A stretch of DNA of 64,000 nt, from NCBI GenBank assembly GCA_951406725.2, contig OX597815.1, forward strand, positions 208,320,001-208,384,000. Reading direction: 5' to 3'. The notes beneath the pieces are model-generated. The model did not search any database and had not been told where the DNA came from. It was given only the letters and a program-made list of their open reading frames with translations. Source of the DNA: Octopus vulgaris. Lineage: Eukaryota. Of this stretch, positions 1 to 12,816 are shown piece after piece (the stretch's first letter is position 1; every line of letters begins with the position of its first letter). Position numbers and translations under genes: made by a program.

Positions 1-613
1 CTCACCCTTTCCCTATTCTTCTCCTCTCCCCTTCACCATTCCCTCTCTCTCTCTCACTCTTCCTCCTTGACTCTCTCGTTGCACACACGTGACCAACGAC
101 CATTCTTTCTTTCTTCCACATCCTTCCTAAAGACAAAACGTACTTTTATCTGTCATTTCTCAAAGTTCGTTTTTCCAGCGTCCACCACTTCACATCGACT
201 TGGTTTAACAGCCCTCACCATTTGCTTTTACTGTTTTGTTCTCACTGTCCCGTTTTTGTTACCACTTTCACCCTCCACAAAAAATCCCAACTTTTATTTA
301 ATTTCCTTTGCAGGAAGGACAGTTTTAACGAAGTTGCATCTTGTCCTTACCTTCAAAACGCTGAGTAGATAAAACAGGGGACAACTGATGAAGGGAATGT
401 TCTTTATGTTGCATGTCTCGTTTCTCTGTTTGCTTTTTTTTATTGTTCAAAAAAATTTCGTTTTCTATGTTTTTGTTTTTTATATTCTCATTTCTCATTC
501 TGTCTCATTTTTTTTTATGTCCTGTACTCATATATGCATATATACATATATACGTAGGTACGTACATATATTTATGTATATACGCAGATATTTATATATT
601 ATGTGAGTTATAC

Positions 614-620
<7 letters not shown>
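1..620 (+). mobile_element. Penelope-like 3' UTR/pLTR fragment with type II-topology hammerhead-like fold (314-405)
   Basis: CT-rich tract, then GAAG-TTGCA-TC, stem TTGTCC/GGACAA and CTGATGA (385-391). Homologous to 33775-34030 and 53300-53660, and ends in (TA)n. Confidence 0.6.
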
Positions 621-651
<31 letters not shown>

Positions 652-743
652 TGTGTGTGTGTGTGTGTGTGTGTATACATATATAGATATATATATACAT
701 GTATATATATATATATATATAGATAGATAGATATGCATACATG

Positions 744-775
<32 letters not shown>

Positions 776-780
<5 letters not shown>

Positions 781-1072
781 TGTACATTTAAACACATAAG
801 AGGTAGCCATCATAGGATTCTTTGCATGCCAGAGAGGACAGTTAATTCCAAACCACTATTAGGGATAGAATTTCATTCAAAATTCTATCCCTAATAGTGG
901 TTTGGAATTTAACTGCCCTCTCTAGCATGCAAAGAATCCTATGATGGCTACCTCTTATGTGTTTAAATGTAAACTGTATTTATATGAATAATATATAGTC
1001 TATTGACTAAATTTTTACACGCTAGGCCACTGGCAATGGAAATTTCAAATATTTCTGATTACCCTTTGACAT

Positions 1073-1073
<1 letters not shown>
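776..1073. mobile_element. Fold-back element (~98-bp arms, 6-nt loop) with a conserved one-sided tail, inserted in (TA)n
   Basis: 776-873 is the near-perfect reverse complement of 880-978. Tail motif TTTTTACACGCTAGGCCACTGG is shared with 24864-24885. Confidence 0.75.
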
Positions 1074-1105
<32 letters not shown>

Positions 1106-1888
1106 GCACGTTCTTAATATCTTGCAAGCCCAGCATCAGAAAATGTTTTGTTCTTTGCTTGCAAGGGTTTTCTGCTCTCTAAGCTCAGCACAGGAACAAT
1201 CATTAGTTTCTAGATTTTTTTCAAAAAGATGAAAATAAACTCTAAAACCAAACAAAAGCACTTGTCTAGTCATTAGTGACAATATGCAACTTACTTAAAA
1301 AAAAAAGTAAACACACTCCGTTCTGACTTAAATAACAGATAATATACCGCATCACCATTTAGCAGTTATTCCACATTCACATCCACCCACCCTTGTTAAA
1401 TTTGCCACCCAACAACACAGTTTTCATCCAATGGAAGCAATTTCCGTGCCACTAGTTAAGCCAGTTCTACGTGTTTGATGTTTGTTAGAGGGTTGCTTTG
1501 TTTTTCTTTTTAGATATTTGTGGAGTGTTTAGTATTCTAACAAACCTTCAAATAGCAAAGGTGGCCACCCCTTAACACATCTGCCTCTCTTCTATAAATC
1601 ATGACATGCCATCATTAATATGCCACTCTGTCGTCCTACAAAAAACCCTCTACTCGACCCTGTTCATTCTGCCCCCTGTCTTTTAGTCAGGAGAGAAGGG
1701 AGTGCTCATGATCCTTCACAGAGCCTCTGAAACTGGAATGAAGGAAGGAGAGAACAAGGGTGAATGGTTGCAGCAGAATGGACTCTATTAAAAGGCACCT
1801 TACATGCCAGTTGGTGTTGTTATTAAACCAGGTCAGTGGTTCCTGACCTGGGGTCCAGAATGGTAGTACTAGGGGTCCATGAACTATA

Positions 1889-2074
1889 TTACTCTTTTAC
1901 TTGTTTCAGTCATTTGACTGTGGCCATGCTGGAGCACCGCCTTTAGTCGAACAAATCGACCCCAGAACTTATTCTTTGTAAGCCTAGTACTTATTCTATT
2001 GGTCTCTTTTGCCAAACCGTTAAGTTACGGGGATGTAAACACACCAGCATCGGTTGTCAAGCGATGTTGGGGAG

Positions 2075-2145
<71 letters not shown>

Positions 2146-2310
2146 TACGATGAGCTTCTTTCAGTTTCTGTCTACCAAATCCTTTCATAAGCTTTGGTCT
2201 GCCCGAGGCTATAGTAGAAGACGCTTGCCCAAGGTGCCACACAGTGGGACTGAACCCGGAACCATGTGGTTAGTAAGCAAGCTACTCACCACACAGCCAC
2301 TCCTGCACCT
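1889..2310 (-). mobile_element. tRNA-headed SINE family A (central microsatellite)
   Basis: Head AGGTGCAGGAGTGGCTGTGTGG...GGTTCAGTCCC (A/B-box-like), central (TA/CA)n and tail GACTGAAACAAGTAAAAGAG. About 25 copies in the window. Confidence 0.85.
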
Positions 2311-2738
2311 ATACATTCAAAAAAATAATATAATTTTTCTCTTTTTTTTTTCTTTTACTTGTTTCAGTCATTTGATCCTGGCCATGCTGGGGCTCTGCCT
2401 TAAATGATGAAGTCAAACAAATTGACCCCAGTACTTATTTTGAAACCTGGTTCATATTCTGTCTGTCATTTTTTGCTGAACTGCCAGGTTATGAGGACAT
2501 AAACAAACCAACACTGGTTGTCAAGTGGCAACAGAAGACAAACATAGACACACACACACACACATATATATAGATATACATATATACACCTATAATTTAT
2601 GATAATGCCTACATATGTATGTGTGTGTATACGTGTGTGTGTGTGTCTGTTTATATAAATATATACACTTGCTTATTTTAGACATTGGTCTGCGGCCATA
2701 CTGGAGCACTATTTTGATTTCTATTTAACAAACTGCTA

Positions 2739-2830
2739 ACCTGCATATCTCAGTCGGTAGAGCATCAGACTTTTATAGGTCAACCTTAGAAGTAATCTGA
2801 GGGTCGCGGGTTCAAGTCCCTCTGCAGGCG
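2739..2830 (+). tRNA. tRNA-Lys(TTT) with 19-nt intron (2776-2794); possibly a pseudogene
   Basis: Spliced sequence matches the eukaryotic tRNA-Lys(UUU) pattern: CTCAGTCGGTAGAGCATCAGACTTTTA|ATCTGAGGGTC..GGGTTCAAGTCCC. A T7 terminator lies at 2839-2845. There are three stem mismatches (A1:C72, T10:C25, C50:T64). Confidence 0.85.
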
Positions 2831-3212
2831 TAAGGTAATTTTTTTAGACCTATAGAATAAGTACTGGGCCTACAAAGAATAAGTCCCCCGGTATTGATTT
2901 GCTCGACTAAAGGCGGTGCTCCAGCGTGGCCGCAGTCAAATGACTGAAACAAGTAAAAGAATAAAAGAGTAAACAAAGCAGACTGAGATTTTGAGTTATA
3001 TTAATGTAAAGACAGGCATTGAGACACTCCAACAGACACTGACACACAGACACACACACACACACACATGTGCAGATGCACACACACACACACACTGAAA
3101 TTAAGATCACATTGTTATGATTCAAACTTTTTTAAACACACAGCTGTGCATTTGTCAATGATCTATATGCATTATTACATATCTGTATAAATAATCACAC
3201 ATATGTGAGTGT

Positions 3213-3263
<51 letters not shown>

Positions 3264-3266
<3 letters not shown>

Positions 3267-3668
3267 TCTTTTACTTTTTACTTGTTTCAGTCAGTTGACT
3301 GCAGCCATGCTGGAGCACTGCCTTTAGTCGAGCAACTCGACCCCAGGGCTTATTCTTTTTGTAAGCCCAGTACTTATTCTATCGGTCTCTTTTTGCCGAA
3401 CCGCTAAATAATGGGGACGTAAACACACCAGCATCGGTTGTCAAGCAATGCTAGGGGAACAAACACATACACACATACATATATATATATATATACATAT
3501 ATACGACAGGCTTCTTTCAGTTTCCGTCTACCAAATCCACTCACAAGGCATTGGTTGGCTCGGGGCTATAGTAGAAGATACTTGCCCAAGGTGCCACGCA
3601 GTGGGACTGAACCCGGAACCATGTGGTTGGTTAGCAAGCTACTTACCACACAGCCACTCCTGCGCCTA
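3264..3668 (-). mobile_element. SINE family A, full length
   Basis: Same head, body and tail as 1889-2310. Confidence 0.85.
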
Positions 3669-4059
3669 TTATATATATATTTATACATATATGTATATAC
3701 ACACACCCACATATATGTATGTGAGTGCCCCCCCCCCCCTCATCTGATTGTCCTATAACTGTTATGGCCTTCTATTATTCTGTCTGGTAATCTCCTAACC
3801 TATTCATTCATTCATTCATTTTTGTGCACTCACATGCACACATACACCCAATACACACTCTCTGCAGTAGGTGCTTAACCTCTCCTGCACATGCATTACA
3901 CATCCACTTTAACATGTATACACACACACACTTGCATGGATACTTGCATAGAATCAGATATTGACAACCAGATAAATTAATCAATACATATTTCACCAGT
4001 AACCACCAGTAAACAGCTGCTCGCTAAGCTGACACCACTGCTTACTTTCAACATATGTT

Positions 4060-4670
4060 TTGTGTACACTGTTATACAGAAAATTTACCATACCATATCT
4101 CTGTTTTAATAACTGCTGTTCATCATTCTACATCATCTCGATACTGTATACAGCTATGGTACGACCACACTTGGAATTCGCATCATCAGTTTGGAACCCC
4201 TATCTTGCTCAGAACATTGACCTCCTGGAATCTGTCCAGAGACGTGCAACCAAACGCATATCCTCCATCAGACACCTACCATATTCTGAGCGCCTTGTTT
4301 CCCTGGGCATGGATTCACTGAAGCTCCGGCGTCTGGTGACGGACTTGGTAAACACCCACAAAGTTATCAACCACCTCACCAACAACAACACTGAACACCT
4401 TTTTGATCTCCATGTGTCTAACACACGTGGACATGCCTACAAAGTCAGAAAAAAACACAGCTCCCATGACTTTCGGAAACATTTTTTCACGCTCAGAGTT
4501 GCTGAAGCATGGAACAAACTGCCTGCGTCAGGTGTTGACTGCCATGACACTGCATCCTTTAAGGCCCTCATGCTTTCCGAAATCCGTCGAAACTACACCT
4601 GATTATACATACACTTTAGATGAGTTGTAGTGCACCTGAGCACTGTACACAATGTTTTATTATTATTATA
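4060..4670 (+). mobile_element. CR1-clade LINE 3' fragment (RT C-terminus)
   Basis: ORF has LYTAMVRPHLEFASSVWNPY..LESVQRRATK..TRGH..FFTLRVAEAWNKLP, followed by a (TTA)n tail. Confidence 0.9.
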
Positions 4671-4727
4671 ACTCACAAGCTCTTCAAGACTTGCCACTCT
4701 CTTTTATGACTGTTTCTGGTAACCACT

Positions 4728-5300
4728 GTAGAAAGGGAAGCTGAAAAGCTCATAGTTTTGGGTAAAAGAAAATACAGGAAGATCGGTTAATTATGATCTT
4801 TTTCAACATATTCCCCTCTCAGGGTCACACACTTATTGCAGCAGTTCTTCAGTTTCTTGAAGCCCCATAAAAGAATCGAGAAAGTTGGGCCTCCAACCAT
4901 GTTGTTTGTTCCTTCTTGAGCCATGCCTGGCTCATAAGGGTCGGTTTCCCGGTTTCCTTGGCGTATAGGTTCCCCACCTGGATGGAACACTGGTCTGTTG
5001 CAGGTGCTCTTTTACAGCCTAACCAGGCTCACGGGCCCTGTTTCCCAGTTTCTATGGTGTATGTGTTTTCCAGCTGGACAGGACATCAGTCCATTGCAGC
5101 GTTACTCATTTTTGCCAGCTGAGTGGACTGGAACAATGTGAAATGAAGTGTTTTGCTGAAGAACACAACGCGTCGCCCAGTCCAGGAATTGAAACCACAA
5201 ACTTACAATCATGATGCTGACACCCTAACCACTAAGCCACGTGCCTCCAACCAGGCCTTTCACGATAACCTTAAAGCCAGGAACTTAGCAGTCCCTTGTA
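4728..5300. mobile_element. Mariner-type MITE interrupted by a minus-strand tRNA-SINE (~4900-5248)
   Basis: Degenerate termini GCTGAAAAG.. and ..CCAGGAACTT..CAG. CCAACCA is duplicated on both sides of the SINE. Confidence 0.55.
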
Positions 5301-5649
5301 TAATGTTTCAATTGATTCACACATATTTCAGTTAGCATACTTAACTGTATACCCTCTGAGTTCTGTGTTCAAATCCAGTCTGAATTAGTTGACTTTCATC
5401 ATTTTTTTTTTTAATTTTTACTTTTTCCTTTTCAATTTAGTCACTGGACAGGCCATGCTGGGACACAACTTTGAAAGGTTTAATCAAGTGTTTCTACCAT
5501 TTTGTTACCTATGGACCCCTTTGATTTCTATTTTATTCAGATGGACCCCATAGCCACTTGATGCTTAAAAAATCTTATATCTTTAGAAGTAAATATTATT
5601 AAGAATTGCATAAGAAAGAATTTGGTAAGGTATTTTGTGTATTGTAGAT

Positions 5650-6020
5650 GAAGGTGTGGCAGTGTGATAAGTAGCTTGCTTACCTACCACATGGTTCCAG
5701 ATTCGGTTTCAGTGTGTGGCACCTTGAGCAAGTGTCTTCTACTTGGTTGCCTCGGGTCAACCAAAGCCTTGTGAGTGGATTTGGTAAATGGAAACTGAAA
5801 GAAGTCCATCATATGTGTGTTACTGTTTGTCCTTCCACCACTGCTTGACAACTGGTGCTAGTGGGTTTACATTCCCCTAACTTAGTGGTTCAGCAAAAGA
5901 GACTGATAGAATAAGTACCAGGCTTTAAAAAATAAGTACCGAGGTTGGTTCATTCGACTAAAAATTCTTCAAGGAGGTGCCCCAGCATGGCCGTAGTCTA
6001 ATAACTGAAACAAGTAAAAC
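5650..6020 (+). mobile_element. SINE family A (diverged) inside an hAT-like MITE (~5487-6077)
   Basis: SINE homology. The flanks carry ATGGACCCC subterminal repeats and end in GGTTGATAACCACTG. Confidence 0.6.
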
Positions 6021-6816
6021 AGCAAAATCTTATATGAACCCCACGAGGGCTATATGGACCCTGGTTGATAACCACTGGTTTAGTCAAACAGACAAGTCCC
6101 AATCTCTTTTGCCAAATTGATGAGTTACGAACATGTAAAGAAACCAACATTTGTTGTCAAGCGAAGAATGGAGGACAAAGACACACACATACATATATAC
6201 ATATACACATATCCGTACATGCACATATACACATTCACACTTACACACACTCACGCACATATGTTGGGCTTCCACACAGTTTCTGCCTGCCAAATTTAAT
6301 TACAAAGCATTGGTTGATTTGGAGCGATAGTAGAAGACACTTGACCCAGGTGCTTTGCAGTAGGACTGAACTCAGGGCCATGTGGTTGCAAGGCAAGGTT
6401 CTTAACCACATGGTCATGCCTGCACCACCACTTCTTTTTTTTTTTAATTTTGTTTTGTTTACACTTTTTTTGTGAGGAGGGAAGGCAGTGGCCATGATCT
6501 TTGGGGAGGCCTCTGAGTTTGGTGTGTTGGGGGAGAAGAGAAATCTTTCTTCAAACTAATGACCTTGCTTGAAGCTTCCAAAGGAATGAACTGTGCAAAA
6601 TAGGCACCCAAGGACCAGGATCAAATTTACCTCCCATGTAGGGCCAGGGCAGGATTTAAATATAGAGTGCAAAGAACCAGAACAAAACCAAGAGTAAAAA
6701 GGGTTTGGTTAAGACCAACACCCTGACTTAGTAAAATACAAAATTACAGAAGCATTGAAGACAATTCAAATCCAACATGACCTGGGAGAGGAAGGCCTTC
6801 CTCTTCTTTCACACAA

Positions 6817-7175
6817 ACATCATCATCATCATCATCATAATTTAACATCTGCTGTCCATGCTGGCATGGGTTGGACAGTTTGACCAGGGCTGGTAAACTG
6901 AGGAGCTGCACCAGACTCCAGTCTGATTCGGCATGGTTTCTACAGCTGGATGCCCTTCCTAATGCCAACCCCTCCAAGAGTGTAATAGGTGCTTTCACGT
7001 GCCACCAGTTTGAGCGCCAAGTGTGTGACACCAGTCTCTGCCACGGCTATGATTTCACTTGGCTTGATGGGTCTTCTTCTCGAGCATGGCATATTGCCAA
7101 ATGCCTCGGTCATTTGTCATTGTTTCTGTGAGGCCCGATGCTCGAAAGGTGCTGTTTATGTGCCACCAGTACAGA
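6817..7175 (-). mobile_element. RTE-LINE 3' UTR-derived repeat (family C) with (GAT)n tail
   Basis: GGTTGGCATTAGGAAGGGCATCCAGC motif. The same sequence abuts RTE RT coding at 44770-45260. Confidence 0.7.
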
Positions 7176-7509
7176 TGCTATTTGCACAACAGCTGAGAGA
7201 GAGGCAAGGATCCAACTGGAGAGAAGCAGAAAAAGACAACCCAGAATTGAGAATAGAGGAGAAAAGTTGTTGATGGCCTTTGCTTCATAGAGACTGAATG
7301 GCTTAAGCCATCAGCATTTAAACCAACTGCTGTCTGGCTCAAATATTCCACCCACTTTTTCTTCAAACCAGTCAGGATCTGGCCTCACAAAAATACACAA
7401 CAATGTCAAGCTAAACCTAAACAATAACATCATCAAAATTTCAAAGATATGAGGTAATGCATGATTAATTTCAAACAGTGCGCATAAATATGCATTGCAT
7501 TTGACCAAA

Positions 7510-7925
7510 TAGGTGCAGGAGTGGCAGTGTGGTTACTAGCTTGTTTACGAACCACATGGTTCCGGGTTCAGCCTCACTGCATGGCACCTTGGGCAAGTAA
7601 CTTCTATTTAGGCCTCAGGCTGACTAAAGCCTTGTGAGTGGATTTGGTAGATGGGAACTGAAAGAAGCCCGTTGTATATATATATGTGTGTGTGTAAGTG
7701 TGTGTGTATATGTTTGTGTGTCTGTGTTTGTCCCCGCAACATCACTTGACAACTGATGCTGGTGTGTTTATGTCCCCGTCACTTAGCGGTTCGGCAAAAG
7801 AGACCGATAGAATAAGTACTAGGCTTACAAAGAATTAGTCCTGGGGTCAATTTGCTTGACTAAAGGTTTTGCACCAGCATGACCACAGTCAAATGACTGA
7901 AACAAGTAAAAGAGTAAACGAGAGT
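7510..7925 (+). mobile_element. SINE family A inside a piggyBac-type MITE (~7303-7951)
   Basis: SINE homology. The flanks match the MITE at 47290-47517 and end in AAAGGGTTAA. Confidence 0.75.
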
Positions 7926-8727
7926 AAATAATCTGAAAGCTAAAGGGTTAAATATGTAAATGCAGAAATGCTATTGGCATGACTTGACTTGATTCAGGGT
8001 CAATTGATACTGTTGTAAGTATTTAGGGTCCATCCTCATTCAGGTTTACCTGCAGATATTTATATGCAGGTGTTCAGGTTGAGCTTCAACTACATCAATT
8101 TCACCAGTGTGTGAGTATGTGTGAAATTCACAGATACTGCTTCTCTGCTTCTTCTAACTACCTCATCAAACAGAGTTCAATTGATCAATCTACTTTCCAA
8201 TCAATTTGTGGCTGGGTGCCATTGTGAGAAATCGATTGGCAAAGAACCACACCGAATGCCTTATGGTATTTAGCTGCATCCCTTTTATTCCAGGTCTCAA
8301 ATCTTTACTTCGAGTCAATTGCATAAGTACCAGTCAAGTAATGGGGGTGAGGGGGAGGAGGAGGAGGAGGAAGGGGAAGTAACCAACTCCACCTCCTATC
8401 CACTCTTAATAAATTTATGGCCTCATACGATTGTGAGAAATTATTATTACATCTGCTTTGATCATCATTAATTACATTTTGTTTTAACCAATTAATGGCA
8501 ACCCGAAGCTATACAAAAGCAACTGATATAAATCATCTCATTAAGCAATTATTCATCTGGTTAATATGGAAACATAGTGCAGGAACTTTGTCGAGGCCAG
8601 TGTTATAGTAGTGCCATATAATTCAAACAAGAGCCTACTGTGAACCGTATATTACCTTATCCATTAAACGCATGTATTGCTAGTAGCCATTAGGCAAACC
8701 TCCCTCTCTTCCTCGTAAGGAACTTAC

Positions 8728-8758
8728 CGATTCCAAAGAGAGGGAGAGGAATATGTTC
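8728..8758 (-). CDS. Candidate 31-nt micro-exon (phase 1 to 2), (G)TYSSPSLWN(R)
   Basis: attcag|GAAC...AATCG|gtaagt with a perfect donor, in a repeat-free island. In frame with the upstream candidate exons. Confidence 0.4.
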
Positions 8759-9814
8759 CTGAATTATAATTGCCACCCAATGCCGGCAATAAGAACAATA
8801 AAATTTTAGTGAGCAGCTCCCTTTATGGACGCATTATCTTACAATTATTACGAGTGAAAAACACCTGCTTTTGACTGAAGCAAAACTTTGCTGGCATATA
8901 TCTTCTAATTAATAATTGTGCTGATATTATATGATGCAAATTAACTCTTATTTCCGTTGTATGCAAACAGATATATCAGATGAGAAGTATTTCCTTCCTT
9001 TTGTGTATATACGACATTAAGGAAGGCAGTCGATACATCGTGACATACTTCTATGATTAATGGCGGTGATAGGATTCTTGTAAAATTTCAGCGTAGTTCT
9101 AACTTCGTTTCTCTTACACAGTTTACCTCTAAATCAGGGGAAATCGTGGTAGCTCACTGTACAGTGTTGACCTTTTGGATAAAGTTATGAGATCGCATTT
9201 TGTCGCTGGCACAATGCTGTACTCTTGACGGAGTATTAAACTTATCTTTTTGCCCAACTTTCTTGCCAAGGGCAAGAGAGAGAGAGAGAGAGAGAGAGGA
9301 GGAGGAAGGGGTAAAAGGAGAAAGGGGACAGAATATGATGCAACGATAGAACAGCAAGAGTAATTGAAACTTGATGAGTGATTTACAAGTCTGCTGTATC
9401 GAAATTGAATCTCCTCACACGGTAAATAACCGAACCACTAAAATCCATGTTTATCTCTATGTTTCTGACTGTAGATATGCTATACATCATATCTGTATTG
9501 CAACATATTCTAAATGTATAGAAAATTGATTGTTGCATAATGCATTTACCTGCTGCAATGCATGCAAACATAAATATTTTCCTGATAATGCTGCACTCAG
9601 AATATACATGATTGTTTTATTTTCATTTTATTATATACCTAAATCCTCTATATACATCTGGAAAATGTCATATATATTTTCCTAGAATTTACAAATTACA
9701 GGAAAATCTTACATCAAATTTCTAAAGCAGTTTTCTATTCTAATTTTTGCTGGAATATAAGTATTTGTTCCAGTTGATAAAACCAATATATTTTCTCCAA
9801 ATAAATAATGCTTG

Positions 9815-10385
9815 ACAGAATTGTTAGAGAATCAGACAAAATGTTGAGTGGTGTTTCTTTCAGATCTTTACATTGTGGGTTCAAATGCTGCTGAGGTCAA
9901 CCTTGCCTTTCATCCTTTAAGGGTTGGTAAAAACAAAGAACCAGTTGGGCACTGGAGTCAATAGATGTAATCAACTTGTCTCCACTCCTCAAAATCACTG
10001 GACTTGCACCTAAACTGCAGAATCGTTAGCGCACCAGGTGAAATGCTTAGCAGTATTTTGTCCATCTTTATGTTCTGAGTTCAAATTCTGCCAAGGTCAA
10101 CTTTGCCTTTCATCATTTCAGGGTCAATAAAATAAGTATCAGTGGAGCACTGGGGTTGATGTAATCAACTAGCCCCTACTCTAAAGCTTCAGGCCTCATG
10201 CCTATAACAGAAAGGGTTGGCAAGATGGCAGAATCTTTACCACACCAGACAAAATGCTTAACATTCTGGGTTCAAATGCTATGAAGACTGACTATGTCTT
10301 TTATCCATTTGGGGTCAATAAAATTGGTATCAGTTGAACTCTGGGTCAATATAATCAACTTCCTTCTTCCCTTAAAATTGCTGGC
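9815..10385 (+). mobile_element. Three degenerate tandem Nin/Deu-domain SINE copies (family B)
   Basis: Repeated GGTCAAC.TTGCCTTTCATC...GGGTCAATAAAA..AGTA.CAGT. Confidence 0.7.
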
Positions 10386-10698
10386 CTTTTTCTTGTTTGT
10401 TTAATGTTTCTCATAGATTGCCTTTAGGTACTGCAAGCACCACTGGGCATGGAAGTTGCCTGCTGTTCTAAAACATCATTAGTACCTTTTAAGTGGACCA
10501 GGCTGCCGGTGGCACGTAAAAAGCAACCCACTACACTCACGGAGTGGTTGGCATTAGGAAGGGCATCCAGCCGTAGAAACACTGCCAGATCAGACTGGAG
10601 CCTGGTGCAGCCTCCTGGCTTCCCAGACCCCAGTCAAACCGTCCAAACTGTACTAGCATGGAAAACGGACGTTAAATTATGATGAGGAGGATGATTGA

Positions 10699-10734
<36 letters not shown>

Positions 10735-10737
<3 letters not shown>

Positions 10738-11020
10738 AGTGTAATGTGGGACAATTATTCGGTAGCCATGATAAAACTCCGAGTTTCGGATGCCGAGGTG
10801 GAAATCCATGCCGCCATCTCTTCAGTTATCTGGCCATCGGAAAAATGCTATGAAAAATGACCATCATACAAAGGGAAATTACTGTGTGATTGACCATTAA
10901 TAAAACAAAAGAGCTATTTGAATGACCGCTAAGTAAGGGGAGGGAGTAAAAGTAAGGGGGTAAAAAGTTCATAGTATCCGCGTAAGCGCACAAGTTCATA
11001 CCTACACATGAGCGTGTAGA
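10735..11020 (-). mobile_element. PLE-type short element abutting (TA)n
   Basis: Contains the hammerhead at 10770-10830 and starts at the edge of the (TA)n tract. Confidence 0.55.
10770..10830 (-). ncRNA. Type I hammerhead ribozyme motif
   Basis: GATAA-CTGAAGA-GATG..CATC-C-GAAA-CTCGGAG-TT-TTATC. Stem I extends as GGCCA/TGGCT, and the predicted cleavage triplet is GUU. Confidence 0.7.
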
Positions 11021-12274
11021 ATATTTGGGCTGGATATGACTGGTTTAAATGTCAAAGGATTTTTTGGCTGTTGTGTATATCGGAAAAAATGTTCATTTTT
11101 TTTTTTTTCTTTTTGGAAGTAAACTTAATCTATTATTAAATACTACATTGTTGAACTTAGAGAAAAAGTTATCTCATTTTACTATGGAAAAATGTGTAGA
11201 GTAGCTAGAGGGAGCAAGGTGGAGCGGAACACCCTGAGCAACCCTTTTATTTGAGGAGAACACTTTTGGGTCTGCTGCGTATTAGCTTAAGTGGGGTGGG
11301 TCAATATACAACTCAAGGGCTGCCCTTGTAAAAAAATCACCAATTAAAAGGTGGACCAAATCTAAAATAATTATGTGTTAAAATATCTATCATTGCATCA
11401 ACTCATTAAGATTCATCCTAATCAGTCACATGTGATGTAACCCCTTTTGATAGGTTCCTCCCCTCTCAGTCTTTCCCTCCTCCAGCACATGGCACTGTTA
11501 GGGTTTCCATATGTCTCCTTTTAGGAACTGGAATTTCAGTAATTTTTCTCTCTCTCTGCCATTCACATCTTCATTTGAATTAAATCAAGATCAGGTGCAG
11601 GCGTGGTCATGTGGTAAGAAGTTTATTTCCCAACCACACGGTTCTAGGTTCAGTCTCACAGCATGGCACATTAGGCAAATGTCCTCTACCATAAACTAGG
11701 TCTAACCAAAGCCTTGTGAGTGGATTTGGTGCATGGAAACTGAGAGAAACCCTTTGTGAAAATGTGTGTGTGTCTTTGTGTTTGTCCCCTACCACCTCTT
11801 GAGAAGTGACGTTGGTTTGTTTTTGTCCCTGTGACTTAGTGGTTTAGCAAAAAGAAACCAACAAAATAAGTAGCAGGCATCAAAAACAGTACTGGCAGGG
11901 TGTGGGGGCTGATTTGTTCAACTAAACCCTTTAAGGGGATGCCCCACGATGGCTTCTGCTCACTGACAAAAATAAGTGAAAGAGGAGAGAGCAAAGATAA
12001 TTGTTAGAATCTTTGCCAGTGTCACCAGTCATGAATATCTCGAATGACATTTTGGTGAATAATATTTTGTACTTCATGGCCGAATATCATAGAAATTTCA
12101 ACTCTGTGAACTTTAACAATGATTGCTGAGACATTGTCTTCACAAAGCATTTATTTTAGCATTATTTCTTTCAGAAATAAAATGTCTTCAAAACTGTGGA
12201 AATCTTTTTCCACCTCAATTACAAAAAGTCTCTCAAATCTTCTATCTATCTGCTCAGTTAAAGTCAACTCTCGG

Positions 12275-12495
12275 TTACTCAATGGATCTGTGTTCTCCAG
12301 CCAGTTCTATCCTGGGACGCTTCTTTCAGATTGGCTATGGCCATTCCTGTGTCACTCTTGATGGCGTCAAGCCAGCGGGTTCTTGGTCGGCCTCTTTCTC
12401 TCTTGCCACTGACCATTCCGAGCATAATGTCCTTCTCCAGGGATTTTCTCTGCATAACATGACCAAAATATTCCAATCTATGCTTGGTGATCCTA
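12275..12495 (-). mobile_element. RTE LINE 3' fragment
   Basis: YFGHVMQRKSLEKDIMLGMVSGKRERGRPRTRWLD. Confidence 0.85.
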
Positions 12496-12816
12496 GTTTG
12501 AGATCTTCAAATCTTCATAAATAAAATGACAAACATACTTTCGTTTCTTTTTTGTTTTTTTTTATATTGTTACAAGAATTCAAATTAGTAACAGAAGCTA
12601 TTGTTTTCCTTTCATCACACATTTATTTGGAATGATGCACATTGGCGTTAGAAAGGGCATCCAGTAATAGAAACCGTGCCAAATAAGACTGGAACCTGGT
12701 GCAACTCCCCAGCTGACCAGCTTTCAATCAAACAGTCCAACCCATGCCAGCATGGAAAACAAACGTTAAATGATGATGCTGATTATGATAAAAGTGATCC
12801 ATATCATCAGATATCA

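Noticed and set aside
2054-2407. Recurrent peptide PRSGTEPGTMWLVSKLLTTQPLL in many ORFs
   Set aside because: Antisense translation of SINE family A, not a gene family.
12020-12270. LTEQIDRRFERLF as an hAT transposase or host exon
   Set aside because: Too short, interrupted by stops, and without supporting motifs.
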